Origin: an uncultured Burkholderiales bacterium
Lineage (GTDB): Bacteria; Actinomycetota; Acidimicrobiia; IMCC26256; JAGPDB01
Assembly (NCBI GenBank): GCA_964561855.1
Contig: CAZLQP010000002.1
Span: forward strand, 99-64,098
DNA: 64,000 nt
Direction of reading: 5' to 3'
Every line of letters begins with the position of its first letter. Positions within the stretch are counted from its first letter, which is position 1. Under the pieces are notes generated by a model. It saw only the letters and a program-made list of their open reading frames with translations, was not told the DNA's origin and did not search any database. Made by a program: the position numbers and the translations under genes. Positions 9,300-18,745 of the stretch are shown in pieces.

Positions 9300-10422
9300 T
9301 TACGACTCCCTCAATTACACGAGATTTTTCTTCGTCTGACAAATAATGATGAACAGGTATAGAAAAAATAGTATTACAAACTTCCCTGGTAACAGCGTCA
9401 TTAGTGATCTTTACGCGATCATGAGACTGAAATATCGGATAATCATACACTGGTCGAGGATAATAAACGCCTGCACCTATATTTTGGGAATGCAGTGATT
9501 CGATAATTTTGTCTCTGCTTTTTTCATCTGTGGCTCGAAGACTGTACTGATGCCATACCGGACCAGCAAGATCTGCAACGAATGGTATTGTTAGCGACTC
9601 TATAGAGTCAAAGGCTTCGCTATACATTTGCGCTGTTTCATTTCGCGCTTTGTTCGAATCACTCAGAACTTCCATCTGAGGAATAGCAATAGCGGCTTGC
9701 AGGTCTGTCAAACGGAAATTCCAACCGACTCTTTCATACTTGTAGCGCTCAACCATTCCTTGGTTTCTTAGCAATCGAATGTTTTTTGCAATGTCGTCAT
9801 CGTTTGTAGTTACGACCCCACCTTCACCACTTCCAACATTTTTGGTTGTATAAAAACTAAATGAGCCAGTTCCGAACGAACCAATTGCTTTCGAATCCCA
9901 AGTAGCTCCGTGTGCTTGTGCTGCATCTTCAATTATTGCAAGATTATTTTCTGATGCGATTTGAACAATTTTTGTCATATCACAAGCTTGACCAAAAATA
10001 TGTACAGGCATAATTGCTTTAGTGTTTTGATTTACGGCTTTCGCAACTTCTTCGGGATTTAGATTGTAAGTATCTTTATCAATATCTACAAAAACTGCTT
10101 TGGCGCCAGTAAATAGAATTGCGTTTAGGGTCGCGACAAAAGTAAATGAAGAAGTGATCACTTCATCGCCTGGACCGATATCATGTGCCAATAATGCGGC
10201 AATCAGAGTTGCTGTACCATTTGATACTGCAACAGCATGTTTTGTTTGAGCCATTTCACAACAAAGTTCTTCAAGTCTTTCGACTTTTGGTCCTTGAGCT
10301 AATTGCCCACTTCGAACTACTTCTAAAACGAGATTTTCGGCTTCTGGAGTAGACCTATAAGTTGAGATTGGAATCATGGGAGCATTCGACATCAATTTGT
10401 ACCTTTTCGGGTGAATATTCAC
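9286..10422 (-). CDS. DegT/DnrJ/EryC1/StrS-family sugar aminotransferase (WbpE-like)
   Basis: 378 aa with a typical family layout (NGTATL.., FSFYTTKN with the PLP lysine). The true start may be an internal Met (10392 or 10377), because the listed start overlaps the upstream gene by 68 nt. Confidence 0.85.
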   Translation of the reverse strand: MNIHPKRYKLMSNAPMIPISTYRSTPEAENLVLEVVRSGQLAQGPKVERLEELCCEMAQTKHAVAVSNGTATLIAALLAHDIGPGDEVITSSFTFVATLNAILFTGAKAVFVDIDKDTYNLNPEEVAKAVNQNTKAIMPVHIFGQACDMTKIVQIASENNLAIIEDAAQAHGATWDSKAIGSFGTGSFSFYTTKNVGSGEGGVVTTNDDDIAKNIRLLRNQGMVERYKYERVGWNFRLTDLQAAIAIPQMEVLSDSNKARNETAQMYSEAFDSIESLTIPFVADLAGPVWHQYSLRATDEKSRDKIIESLHSQNIGAGVYYPRPVYDYPIFQSHDRVKITNDAVTREVCNTIFSIPVHHYLSDEEKSRVIEGVVNAAS

Positions 10423-10909
10423 GATTTATAACCTCACCACAATAGCACACTTGCCCTACGATTCGTCCAGGAGACCCGACAACTAAGGCAAATTCGGGCA
10501 CATTCTTAGTCACAACTGCACCAGCTCCAATCATCGCATAGCGTCCAATGGTTATTCCGCACTTAATTGTTGAATTAGCGCCAATAGATACCCCCTTTTC
10601 AACCTTGGTTGGGGTTATCTTCCAATCTTGATTGAATGCTCGAGGATTAAGATCATTAGTGAAACAAACATGAGGCCCAATAAATACATCATCTTCTATT
10701 GTTACGCCATTATATATGCTGACTTTGTTTTGAATTTTTACTCGATCGCCAATGACAACATTTTCATCAACATAAGCACAATGACCCAAAATGCAACCAG
10801 CACCGATTTTTGATCCTCCACGTACATGCGAATAATGCCAAATCGAAGTACCTTCTCCAATTTCTGCACCTTCATCTACCGTTGCTGTTTCGTGAGCTTT
10901 GAAAGTCAT
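10355..10909 (-). CDS. Hexapeptide-repeat N-acetyltransferase (WbpD/WlbB-like)
   Basis: 184 aa with left-handed beta-helix repeats throughout ([13 protein letters not shown].., [13 protein letters not shown]..). Confidence 0.8.
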   Translation of the reverse strand: MTFKAHETATVDEGAEIGEGTSIWHYSHVRGGSKIGAGCILGHCAYVDENVVIGDRVKIQNKVSIYNGVTIEDDVFIGPHVCFTNDLNPRAFNQDWKITPTKVEKGVSIGANSTIKCGITIGRYAMIGAGAVVTKNVPEFALVVGSPGRIVGQVCYCGEVINREYSPEKVQIDVECSHDSNLNL

Positions 10910-10936
10910 AAAAGGAGTATATCAATTGGGCTGATG

Positions 10937-11284
10937 TTATCTTTGCGATAACTGAGAACTTAGTTCGATGATATTTCCTTTAAGTATCTCCATAATTGCC
11001 TTGCCATCGATTTTCATCCCTTTTTTAGTATCTGGATCTAAAACCTGAAGTTTTCCATCATTATCTAATTCTTTTGCCAGTACCCTTAAAATATGGCGGA
11101 TGTCACTTATATTTGGCTTCAAAGGATATTGACTTTGCCCAAATGTAATCGAAACCTCAACAGTAGGATCTTGGCCATTTTCCAAACCGAGATCCAAAAA
11201 AATTGTCTCCCCGTTTCTTCTAGGTGGCCTTAACTCAAAGCGGCAAATCCGTTTTTCCGACATTTCTACTCCTACGCGCTCCAA
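10937..11284 (-). CDS. Hypothetical protein
   Basis: 115-aa ORF with no recognisable family. An internal Met at 11263 is an alternative start. Confidence 0.45.
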   Translation of the reverse strand: MERVGVEMSEKRICRFELRPPRRNGETIFLDLGLENGQDPTVEVSITFGQSQYPLKPNISDIRHILRVLAKELDNDGKLQVLDPDTKKGMKIDGKAIMEILKGNIIELSSQLSQR

Positions 11285-11335
11285 TGTTCAAGCTACGAGT
11301 AATCCTTTGTATGACTCAGCTCGTAGAATAGAAGC

Positions 11336-12097
11336 ATGTCTAGTTTAACTATTGAAAATCTGAGCGTAAAAGTTGAAAACAAAACTTTATTGTCTGATAT
11401 TACTATTGAGATACCCGCAGGAGAATCTCATGTACTAATGGGCCCTAATGGATCAGGAAAATCGACACTTTCAAATGTGCTCTTAGGCAATCCACAATAC
11501 GAAGTAATTTCTGGAACAATCAAACTTGGTGATACTGACATTTCAGATATGGACGTCGATGAGCGTGCTGGCGAAGGACTCTTTCTAGCATTCCAACATC
11601 CTGAATCTATTCCTGGAGTTAGAGTCACAAACTTTTTACGCCAATCAATGGCAAAACGTAAAAATGTTGAAGATTTTTCTGTATTAGAAGTTCGCCTTGC
11701 GGTAATGGACTGGGCCTCAAAGCTGGGTATGGATACGCAATTTATTGATAGGTATCTCAATGAAGGCTTTTCTGGTGGCGAGAAAAAACGAAATGAAATT
11801 CTACAAATGGCATTATTAGAACCTGAGGTAACAATCCTTGATGAGATTGATTCCGGTTTAGATATTGATGCTTTAGTGGCTGTAGGTAATGGATTGAAAA
11901 TTATTCGTGAGCAGAATCCAACGATGGCGCTATTGTGTATCACTCATTATCAGCGTATTCTGGAATACATGGAAATTGATAAAGTACATGTACTTTTGGA
12001 CGGAAAAATCGTAGCAACTGGCGACCAAAGCCTAGCTAAAAAGATTGAAGACATAGGATTCGATTTTCTGCGTGAATCAACAAAGGCTGTTTCTTAA
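11336..12097 (+). CDS. sufC: Fe-S cluster assembly ATPase SufC (paralog 1)
   Basis: 253 aa with Walker A GPNGSGKST, signature FSGGEKKR, Walker B LDEIDSGLD and H-loop ITHY. It is translationally coupled to sufS (TAATG). Confidence 0.85.
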   Translation: MSSLTIENLSVKVENKTLLSDITIEIPAGESHVLMGPNGSGKSTLSNVLLGNPQYEVISGTIKLGDTDISDMDVDERAGEGLFLAFQHPESIPGVRVTNFLRQSMAKRKNVEDFSVLEVRLAVMDWASKLGMDTQFIDRYLNEGFSGGEKKRNEILQMALLEPEVTILDEIDSGLDIDALVAVGNGLKIIREQNPTMALLCITHYQRILEYMEIDKVHVLLDGKIVATGDQSLAKKIEDIGFDFLRESTKAVS

Positions 12098-13341
12098 TGT
12101 TTGATGTCCAAACCATAAAAAAGGATTTTCCTGGACTATCCAGAGAAATAAACGGACACAAAATTACCTTTTTAGATTCGGGGGCATCTTCACAAACACC
12201 TACTCGCGTCTTAGATGTGATGAACGATGCATATAACAATTTCTACGCAAATGTTCATCGTGGTGTCTACACAACAGCACAAGAAATCTCTAATGCATAT
12301 GAAAATTCGCGCAAAGTTGTTGCAAAACACATAAATGCTTGGTCTCCGAATGAAGTGATCTATGTGAGAAACGCAACTGAAGCAATCAATCTTGTGGCAC
12401 GGTCTTGGGGAGATGATAACATCTCCGAAGGCGGCGTTATTTTGCTTTCGCATCTAGAACATCACGCCAATATCGTCCCTTGGCAACAGCTAGCGCATCG
12501 AACTGGTGCTGTTTTACGTTACATTCCACTTGACGACGAAACGCAACTGGATTTAACAGACTTCGATTCCTTGATTGAGGGTGTAAAATTATTAGCAATT
12601 ACAGCTGCGAGTAATGTGACTGGAACTGTAGTTGATGTCAAATCTTTAACTGAACGTGCGCATAAAGCTGGAGCCAAAGTTTTAGTGGACGCTTGCCAAT
12701 ATATCCCCCACTTTAAAACTGATGTACAAGATTGGGATGCGGATTTTGTTGCATTTTCAGCGCATAAAATGTTGGGTCCAACAGGAATTGGTGCTTTGTG
12801 GGCAAAAGAAGATTTGTTGAATGAAATGCCTCCATTTCTAGGAGGAGGTTCGATGATCACCGACGTAACCTTAGATGATTTCGAACCTGCTGAACTTCCT
12901 GCAAAATTCGAAGCTGGAACTCCAGCATTCATTGAAGCTATAGGATTTGCTGAAGCTTTTAAATATTTAGATGAAATCGGCTTTGACAACATTGCAAAAC
13001 ATGAGCAAGAAATAACAAAGTATGCACTTTCAAAATTCGAAGAGAATTTTGCAGACACAATTACTGTCCATGGGCCAAATAGTTTTGAAAATCGCTTAGC
13101 AATATTTAGTCTAAGCGTCGAGGGCGTTCATCCTCATGATGTGTCACAGATCCTGGATGAATACGGGGTATGCGTAAGAGCAGGACATCACTGTGCGAAA
13201 CCACTAATGCGTGTATTAAAGGTTGGAGACCAAGTTGGGATCGGAGCAACTTCTCGAGCGAGTGCATATGTTTATAACGACGATTCCGATATCGACAAAC
13301 TCTGCGAAGCTCTCCAAAACTGCATCACCTTCTTCAAATAA
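12097..13341 (+). CDS. sufS: Cysteine desulfurase SufS
   Basis: 414 aa with the PLP-lysine motif FSAHKMLGPTGIG and the catalytic Cys motif RAGHHCA. Confidence 0.9.
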   Translation: MFDVQTIKKDFPGLSREINGHKITFLDSGASSQTPTRVLDVMNDAYNNFYANVHRGVYTTAQEISNAYENSRKVVAKHINAWSPNEVIYVRNATEAINLVARSWGDDNISEGGVILLSHLEHHANIVPWQQLAHRTGAVLRYIPLDDETQLDLTDFDSLIEGVKLLAITAASNVTGTVVDVKSLTERAHKAGAKVLVDACQYIPHFKTDVQDWDADFVAFSAHKMLGPTGIGALWAKEDLLNEMPPFLGGGSMITDVTLDDFEPAELPAKFEAGTPAFIEAIGFAEAFKYLDEIGFDNIAKHEQEITKYALSKFEENFADTITVHGPNSFENRLAIFSLSVEGVHPHDVSQILDEYGVCVRAGHHCAKPLMRVLKVGDQVGIGATSRASAYVYNDDSDIDKLCEALQNCITFFK

Positions 13342-13343
13342 TT

Positions 13344-13462
13344 CCTCAAGTTGGCGGGAAAAACGATGCAAAACCAATCTTTTTTCACGCCAACTCGGCT
13401 TTAGCTTTTTAGATGGCGGGAAAAACGATGCAAAACCGATCCTTTTTCACGCCAACTTGAGG
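13344..13462. repeat. Two tandem family-4 hairpin repeats bracketed by an outer inverted repeat
   Basis: The two copies are GTTGGCGGGAAAAACGATGCAAAACC(A/G)ATC..TTTTTCACGCCAAC at 13350-13394 and 13413-13456. The outer arms are CCTCAAGTTGGCG and CGCCAACTTGAGG. The element fills the gap between the convergent sufS and hisE genes. Confidence 0.85.
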
Positions 13463-13768
13463 CTAATTGATGCGGCCTTCGAGAATGTCTTGGACATCTT
13501 GGAGAGAAACGCCTTCAGCACGAATTGCAACTAAGGCATGATAAAACAGATCAGCTGCTTCTTCTGCAATCGACAACTGATTTCTATCAACACATGCAAC
13601 CACTAATTCAGCAGATTCTTCACCGATCTTTTTCAGACGAAGATTTCGATCACTAAGCAAGTCATCGGTGTAACGATTTTGAGGATTATCTTTTCGCTCA
13701 GCAATAACTTCATCCAAGCGTTCCAAAGCAGATCTTTCGTTATTTGTCACTTTCAGCTCCCGCTTCAT
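13463..13768 (-). CDS. hisE: Phosphoribosyl-ATP pyrophosphatase
   Basis: 101 aa with a MazG-like HisE pattern (KKIGEESAELV..EEAADLFYH). It is the last gene of the his operon and overlaps hisI by 29 nt. Confidence 0.8.
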   Translation of the reverse strand: MKRELKVTNNERSALERLDEVIAERKDNPQNRYTDDLLSDRNLRLKKIGEESAELVVACVDRNQLSIAEEAADLFYHALVAIRAEGVSLQDVQDILEGRIN

Positions 13769-14111
13769 AAGATTTGTCGTTTACAAAACATGTTACCGTA
13801 CCGTTATGGCAAGCCGGCCCTCGAGGATTAACCAAAGCCAGAATCGTATCGTTATCGCAATCAAGATGTAGCGAAACGACCTCTTGAAAATTACCGCTGG
13901 TCTCGCCCTTATTCCAAAGTCCACGTTCACGAGATAAATACCACATAGTAGAGGTCTCTAGTGTCTTCTCAATTGCATGTCGATTTGCGAACGCTGTCAT
14001 CAAAACTTCTTTTGTTGAATAATCCTGTACAACAACGACGACAACGCCATTACTCTTTTCGAAATCTATTTGATCAATAAATTCGTTCTGATACTCAGTC
14101 AAATTATTCAC
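13740..14111 (-). CDS. hisI: Phosphoribosyl-AMP cyclohydrolase
   Basis: 123 aa with the motifs LWNKGETSGN and LDCDNDTILALV..GPACH. Confidence 0.85.
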   Translation of the reverse strand: MNNLTEYQNEFIDQIDFEKSNGVVVVVVQDYSTKEVLMTAFANRHAIEKTLETSTMWYLSRERGLWNKGETSGNFQEVVSLHLDCDNDTILALVNPRGPACHNGTVTCFVNDKSYEAGAESDK

Positions 14112-14890
14112 ATCAATTTTCCTCGATCACGCACAACAAAACCGCTATCTTTTAGTCCTGCTTTAATATCTGCAATCGAAGTAGTTCCATCGTGCAAAAT
14201 ACCAGCTAAAAGTGCGGCATCCGCTACACCTGTCTCATATACCTGGACAACATCAGAAATCTTCCCGGCTCCACCAGATGCAATCACAGGAACATTCACT
14301 GCATCCTTGACTGCTCTTAACATCTCGATGTCATATCCAATTCTTGTACCATCACGATCAATTGAAGTCAGTAAAACTTCGCCAGCACCTAGTCGAACTG
14401 CCTCTTTAGCCCACGAAACTGCATCTAACTCTGTAACTTGTGTTCCACTACGTACAACAACTTCATAGTGATCATTAACTTTGCGCGCATCTATAGAAAT
14501 CATAACGCATTGTGAACCAAAACGTTCTGCTAGTTCAGTAATAAGTTCCGCTCGAGCAACAGCAGCAGAATTCACTCCCACTTTTTCTGCGCCAGCCAAC
14601 AAGGCTCTAGTTGCATCTTCAACAGTTCTTATTCCGCCACCGATTCCAACGGGGATCGAAACGTTGTCAGAAATTTCTTGCATTACGTGAAAGAAATTGT
14701 TTCTCTCTTCTTGTGTCGCCGAGATATCTAACAAAATCAACTCATCGGCACCTTCTTCTTGATATCGACAAGCAAGCTCTACCGGATCACCAACATCTTT
14801 TAAATCAACGAAGTTTGTTCCTTTAACTACACGACCGTTTGCTAAATCTAAACATGGAATCAATCTGGTACACGTCAATGTATCAGTCAT
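14108..14890 (-). CDS. hisF: Imidazole glycerol phosphate synthase cyclase subunit
   Basis: The motif RLIPCLDLANGRVVKG starts right after the Met at 14890. The listed ORF start at 14983 is an upstream extension running inside hisB. ATG 14890 overlaps the hisB stop by 8 nt. Confidence 0.9.
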   Translation of the reverse strand: MTDTLTCTRLIPCLDLANGRVVKGTNFVDLKDVGDPVELACRYQEEGADELILLDISATQEERNNFFHVMQEISDNVSIPVGIGGGIRTVEDATRALLAGAEKVGVNSAAVARAELITELAERFGSQCVMISIDARKVNDHYEVVVRSGTQVTELDAVSWAKEAVRLGAGEVLLTSIDRDGTRIGYDIEMLRAVKDAVNVPVIASGGAGKISDVVQVYETGVADAALLAGILHDGTTSIADIKAGLKDSGFVVRDRGKLM

Positions 14891-15425
14891 CAAACGTCCA
14901 CTCTGCCGCACCTTTGGTGCTAAATACATCTCCCGAGTCTTGCAAAGCTTGACGCAAACACAGCCCCAAGCCTTTGAAAGCACCTTCGATTATGTGATGC
15001 TGGTCTACTCCACGTAAAACTCTAACGTGAATATTGCACTTGATATTTTCAGCAATCGATCTAAAGAAGTGTTCGAAATCTAAATCGGGCAATGGCCCTT
15101 CATAATAGTTTCGCTCGACAAGATCTAACGTTACCTCAATCAGTGCGTCATCCATTGAGACTCTTGCAGTTCCAAAACGTGCACATGTCTGAGGAGTGAC
15201 TCTTCTAATTGCAGCACCTAAAGTAATAGCAACATCTTCTGAAATATGGTGATCTAGATCACCTGTTGCGTTAACAGAAAAATTAAGTCCGCTATATCGT
15301 GAAAGCGTTACCAACATGTGGTCTAAAAATTCTATAGTTGTCGAGCACTCAATCGGAGTATTTTCGCCTTTGTCAGGAATGGTGACAACAATATTTGTTT
15401 CTTTCGTGTTTCGTTTTACTTGCAC
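14883..15425 (-). CDS. hisB: Imidazoleglycerol-phosphate dehydratase
   Basis: 180 aa with RNTKETNI at the N-terminus and HH..E metal motifs (DHHISED, DQHHIIEGAFK). Confidence 0.85.
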   Translation of the reverse strand: MQVKRNTKETNIVVTIPDKGENTPIECSTTIEFLDHMLVTLSRYSGLNFSVNATGDLDHHISEDVAITLGAAIRRVTPQTCARFGTARVSMDDALIEVTLDLVERNYYEGPLPDLDFEHFFRSIAENIKCNIHVRVLRGVDQHHIIEGAFKGLGLCLRQALQDSGDVFSTKGAAEWTFDD

Positions 15426-15448
15426 AATATGTCCTTTGGTTTATAACT

Positions 15449-16186
15449 TTAGTGTTTTCGACTTGTTAGCCCATTAGCTTGAAGCTCATATAACAATTCT
15501 TCGTTAGTATAAATTGCAGCTCCCATGACCACTTCGGCCACTCCTACCTGGGATAATGCAATAATATCGCTGAGATCTGTAACTCCGCCAGATGCAACCA
15601 CGCTTCTTGAAGTCCTATTTACGATACTCTCAAAAAGCTCAACGTCCGTACCCTGCATTCGGCCTTCTTTATGAATTGCAGTCACGAAAATTCCAGCAAT
15701 TTCTAAACGATCAAAACGCACTATCAATTCTTCAAGTGAAAATTCAGATGTTTCTTGCCATCCTTTTATCTTCACATCTCGGCCATCTACTTCTAGAGCT
15801 ACATAAATTCTTTGCGGATATTGAGCAACCATTTCTTCGAACCAATTTGGTTCAGCAATAGCTTGTGTTCCGATCACAACACTATTTGCTCCTGCGTCAA
15901 GTACTTCTACAAGTGAATCCGTGTTTCTTATCCCTCCGCCGACGCGAATATCTAGATCATTATTTTCAGATCCAATTTTGCATATCTCGCGAACTACCTC
16001 GATGTTATTTCCTTTTCCCGTCGCACGATCGAGATCAACTACATGAAGTTTCACAAACCCCTTAGTGATCCAGTCACCCGCAACTGCTTCAGGATCTGGC
16101 AGCCTAAGGAGTTCATTATCATATGAACCTCCAACAAGCTGAACACACTGTCCTTCTCGAATATCAACGGCTGGTCTAACAATCAC
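15449..16186 (-). CDS. hisA: ProFAR isomerase (HisA; could be a bifunctional PriA type)
   Basis: 245 aa with the (beta/alpha)8 HisA motifs RPAVDIREGQCVQLVGG and ASGGV. Confidence 0.85.
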   Translation of the reverse strand: MIVRPAVDIREGQCVQLVGGSYDNELLRLPDPEAVAGDWITKGFVKLHVVDLDRATGKGNNIEVVREICKIGSENNDLDIRVGGGIRNTDSLVEVLDAGANSVVIGTQAIAEPNWFEEMVAQYPQRIYVALEVDGRDVKIKGWQETSEFSLEELIVRFDRLEIAGIFVTAIHKEGRMQGTDVELFESIVNRTSRSVVASGGVTDLSDIIALSQVGVAEVVMGAAIYTNEELLYELQANGLTSRKH

Positions 16187-16791
16187 GATAAAACTTCCTT
16201 CAAAAACTTATGCACCAATGAAATCCCAACTACGTCACTTTTTTCAGGGTGAAACTGAGTTGCCAATAAGCTCGGAGTCCTCAAGATACTCGCAAACGTA
16301 TCATCTTCATAAGTAGTCATACCTGCAACAATTGAGTCATCCTTAGGTCGCACTGCGAAACTATGAGCGAAATAAGCCCAATCGATTATTTCGTATTGTG
16401 CATTCGCATGAGCAATTTTATTCCAACCCATCTCTGGGATTTGTTTTGCATTGAGTGTTGTAACATCTCCTTCGAAAACTCCAAGTCCTTTCCCGACACC
16501 TTCTTCGGAAGATTCGAACAGTAATTGCATTCCTAGACATACAGCAAATGTTGGCTTGCCGGACTTTATGAGATCTCTTAGATCGCTACTAAAGACTCCT
16601 AGATGTTCGCATGCAGCTCCCCAAGAACCAACTCCAGGAATTATTAAAAGATCAGCTTCATTCATCTCGTTAACGTCTTTCGAAAGACTGACTTTGACAT
16701 CTGTGCCGATGGTTTGACTTGAACTCTCCACGCAACGCTTTAAGGAACGGATATTTCCCACACCATAGTCAATAATCACTGCTTTTTTCAT
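16183..16791 (-). CDS. hisH: Imidazole glycerol phosphate synthase glutaminase subunit
   Basis: 202 aa with IIDYGVGNIRSL, the catalytic-Cys context AVCLGMQLL, and QFHPEKS. Confidence 0.9.
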   Translation of the reverse strand: MKKAVIIDYGVGNIRSLKRCVESSSQTIGTDVKVSLSKDVNEMNEADLLIIPGVGSWGAACEHLGVFSSDLRDLIKSGKPTFAVCLGMQLLFESSEEGVGKGLGVFEGDVTTLNAKQIPEMGWNKIAHANAQYEIIDWAYFAHSFAVRPKDDSIVAGMTTYEDDTFASILRTPSLLATQFHPEKSDVVGISLVHKFLKEVLS

Positions 16792-17852
16792 GAGTATTTC
16801 CTGATGATTTCGAGCATTGGCTCTAATACTTCTTTGGGTGCGATCGTGATTCGTGCACCTGTTCCAACAACAGGTAGTTCTTTAAACCAGCGAATCGAAT
16901 ATCCAGCTTTTTTGAACTCTGGCTTAAATTTTTCTTCATCAAGACCTGAAACATAGATGAAATTCGAGTCGCTATCTTCAATCTGATAACCCAAAAACCT
17001 CAATTCCATACTGAACCAATCTCTAACTCTCCTAGTCTCAGTTACCACCTGTTCATGAAAATCTCGAGCCCCAAACGATGCTTTGGCAGCTTCGATACCG
17101 ATTGTGTTGGCTTTAAACGGTCCTCTTATTGCCTCTACAGCATTGATCAGATCGCCATTTCCAAGAGCGTAGCCGATCCTTAATCCTGCTAAGCCATGTA
17201 GTTTTGACATCGTTCTCATAATGATCACTCTTTTGCAACGTCTTAAGAAATCAAGTGCATCAAGCTCTGCAAACTCTGCATATGCTTCATCAATAACGAT
17301 GAAACAATTCGTTTTTTCTATCAGTTCAGCAATATTTGAGTGAGGTATGCTTACACCTGTCGGATTATTCGGAGAGCATAAATAAATCAAATCTGGTTTG
17401 TATGACGAAATCTCTTCAACATTTATGGAACCATCTGAATCGAGCTCGCTACCCGTAACTCTCCGACCATTCACTTTAGAAAAATATCCTGCCATAGGAA
17501 AAGTCGGCATTGGCATAACGACTAAATCATTTTCATCTGTTACTGCCCGAATAATGCAATCAAGTACATCATCAGTACCATTTCCTACAACCACATTTGA
17601 TGTGTCATCAACAAACTTCGAATAGTGTTTAGCAATTACTTTCTTCAACTCAAGCGCATAGATATCTGGATACCTCGACAAGTTAACACTGCTGTCAGAT
17701 GAAAGTCTTTTCAAAACTGCTTGAACTTCATCAGCTATTCCCCATTGCGAAGTATTGTCACTAAGATCAAATTCAATTGGCGTTCTGCGCGGATCGTAAA
17801 CCTCTACATTTGAAAGACGCTTAGGTAAAAGATCTCTAATTTCTTGACTCAT
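16788..17852 (-). CDS. hisC: Histidinol-phosphate aminotransferase
   Basis: 354 aa with the PLP-lysine motif MSKLHGLAGLRIGY and SPNNPTG. Confidence 0.85.
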   Translation of the reverse strand: MSQEIRDLLPKRLSNVEVYDPRRTPIEFDLSDNTSQWGIADEVQAVLKRLSSDSSVNLSRYPDIYALELKKVIAKHYSKFVDDTSNVVVGNGTDDVLDCIIRAVTDENDLVVMPMPTFPMAGYFSKVNGRRVTGSELDSDGSINVEEISSYKPDLIYLCSPNNPTGVSIPHSNIAELIEKTNCFIVIDEAYAEFAELDALDFLRRCKRVIIMRTMSKLHGLAGLRIGYALGNGDLINAVEAIRGPFKANTIGIEAAKASFGARDFHEQVVTETRRVRDWFSMELRFLGYQIEDSDSNFIYVSGLDEEKFKPEFKKAGYSIRWFKELPVVGTGARITIAPKEVLEPMLEIIRKYS

Positions 17853-18745
17853 ACGATTAGCCTCTCAATATGAGTTACCAATATCCCACTTACCCCAAGC
17901 TCACGCAATTTTGGAACTACGACATTTAACTCTGAAGCTGGTAAAACTACATGTACCGCGACTCGATCAGTGTTTTCATAAAGATCCAAAACAGTAGGGC
18001 CATCAATTCCTGGTACTAGAGACTTCACTTCATCTAAAACATCTTTTGGTACATTCATCATCATGTAACGTTTTCCATTAGCAGTCAAAACCGAAACGAG
18101 AGCCTCACTGAAATTTTTTGCTTCTTGTGCTTTTGTAGATCCAGATTCAAGATCGAAATTTGGATCAGCAATAATGCAAGCGCTGACATTACATAGCGTC
18201 TCAATTTCGTGCAGACCATTTGTTCTCAACGTCGAGCCACTTTGAGTTAAGTCCACTATCGCATCAGCTATTTCTAGTCTTGGGGCAATCTCCACCGAAC
18301 CTGAAAGTGGTATCAAATGAATATCAATTCCTGCCTGCTTTGCCCAGCGAGCAGCTAAGCGAGGGAATGATGTAGCAACTCTTATCGAAGATGGTTTTGA
18401 TTTCTTATACTGGTCTTTAAACTTTTCTCGTGCAGCTAGTACAAGTCGACATTCAAACAGATCAAGAGGTGAGGCAACTTGAACATTAACACCTGCTTCA
18501 TCAACAACATCGGTTCCTGTTACACCTAGATCAACTACTCCATCTTCCACTAAAGCAGGAATGTCATCTGTACGCACAAACATAACCTCGACATTTGGAG
18601 TGAGTTTACCAATCAGTGCTTTAGTTTCTTCAGAACTTGGCCATGAATACCCTGCCTGTTTACACAATGGTTTTAGTTGTTCTGCAATCCTGCCTTTTCT
18701 AGGCATCGCAATTCTGAGAATTTCATCTTGTTTATCAATGGTCAT
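17849..18745 (-). CDS. hisG: ATP phosphoribosyltransferase, long form
   Basis: 298 aa with LRIAMPRKGRI at the N-terminus and a C-terminal regulatory-domain length. It shares 4-nt overlaps with hisD and hisC. Confidence 0.85.
   Translation of the reverse strand: MTIDKQDEILRIAMPRKGRIAEQLKPLCKQAGYSWPSSEETKALIGKLTPNVEVMFVRTDDIPALVEDGVVDLGVTGTDVVDEAGVNVQVASPLDLFECRLVLAAREKFKDQYKKSKPSSIRVATSFPRLAARWAKQAGIDIHLIPLSGSVEIAPRLEIADAIVDLTQSGSTLRTNGLHEIETLCNVSACIIADPNFDLESGSTKAQEAKNFSEALVSVLTANGKRYMMMNVPKDVLDEVKSLVPGIDGPTVLDLYENTDRVAVHVVLPASELNVVVPKLRELGVSGILVTHIERLIV

Noticed and set aside
11428-13058. Long antisense ORFs 11428..11943 (-) and 12519..13058 (-) opposite sufC and sufS.
   Set aside because: The sense-strand proteins carry unambiguous SufC and SufS motifs. 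The antisense translations are Ser/Pro/Ile-rich with no motifs, the usual shadow ORFs.
13350-13456. Two direct ~45-nt repeats separated by an 18-nt spacer. I briefly considered a mini CRISPR array.
   Set aside because: There are only two copies, the spacer is far too short, each repeat is a long hairpin, no cas genes are present, and a third copy elsewhere has swapped arms. This behaves like a REP/terminator-type element, not a CRISPR.
14891-14983. The N-terminal 31-aa extension of the hisF ORF (MLSKAWGCVCVKLCKTREMYLAPKVRQSGRL).
   Set aside because: It lies entirely inside hisB in another frame. The conserved HisF sequence begins right after the Met at 14890, which overlaps the hisB stop in the usual coupled fashion.
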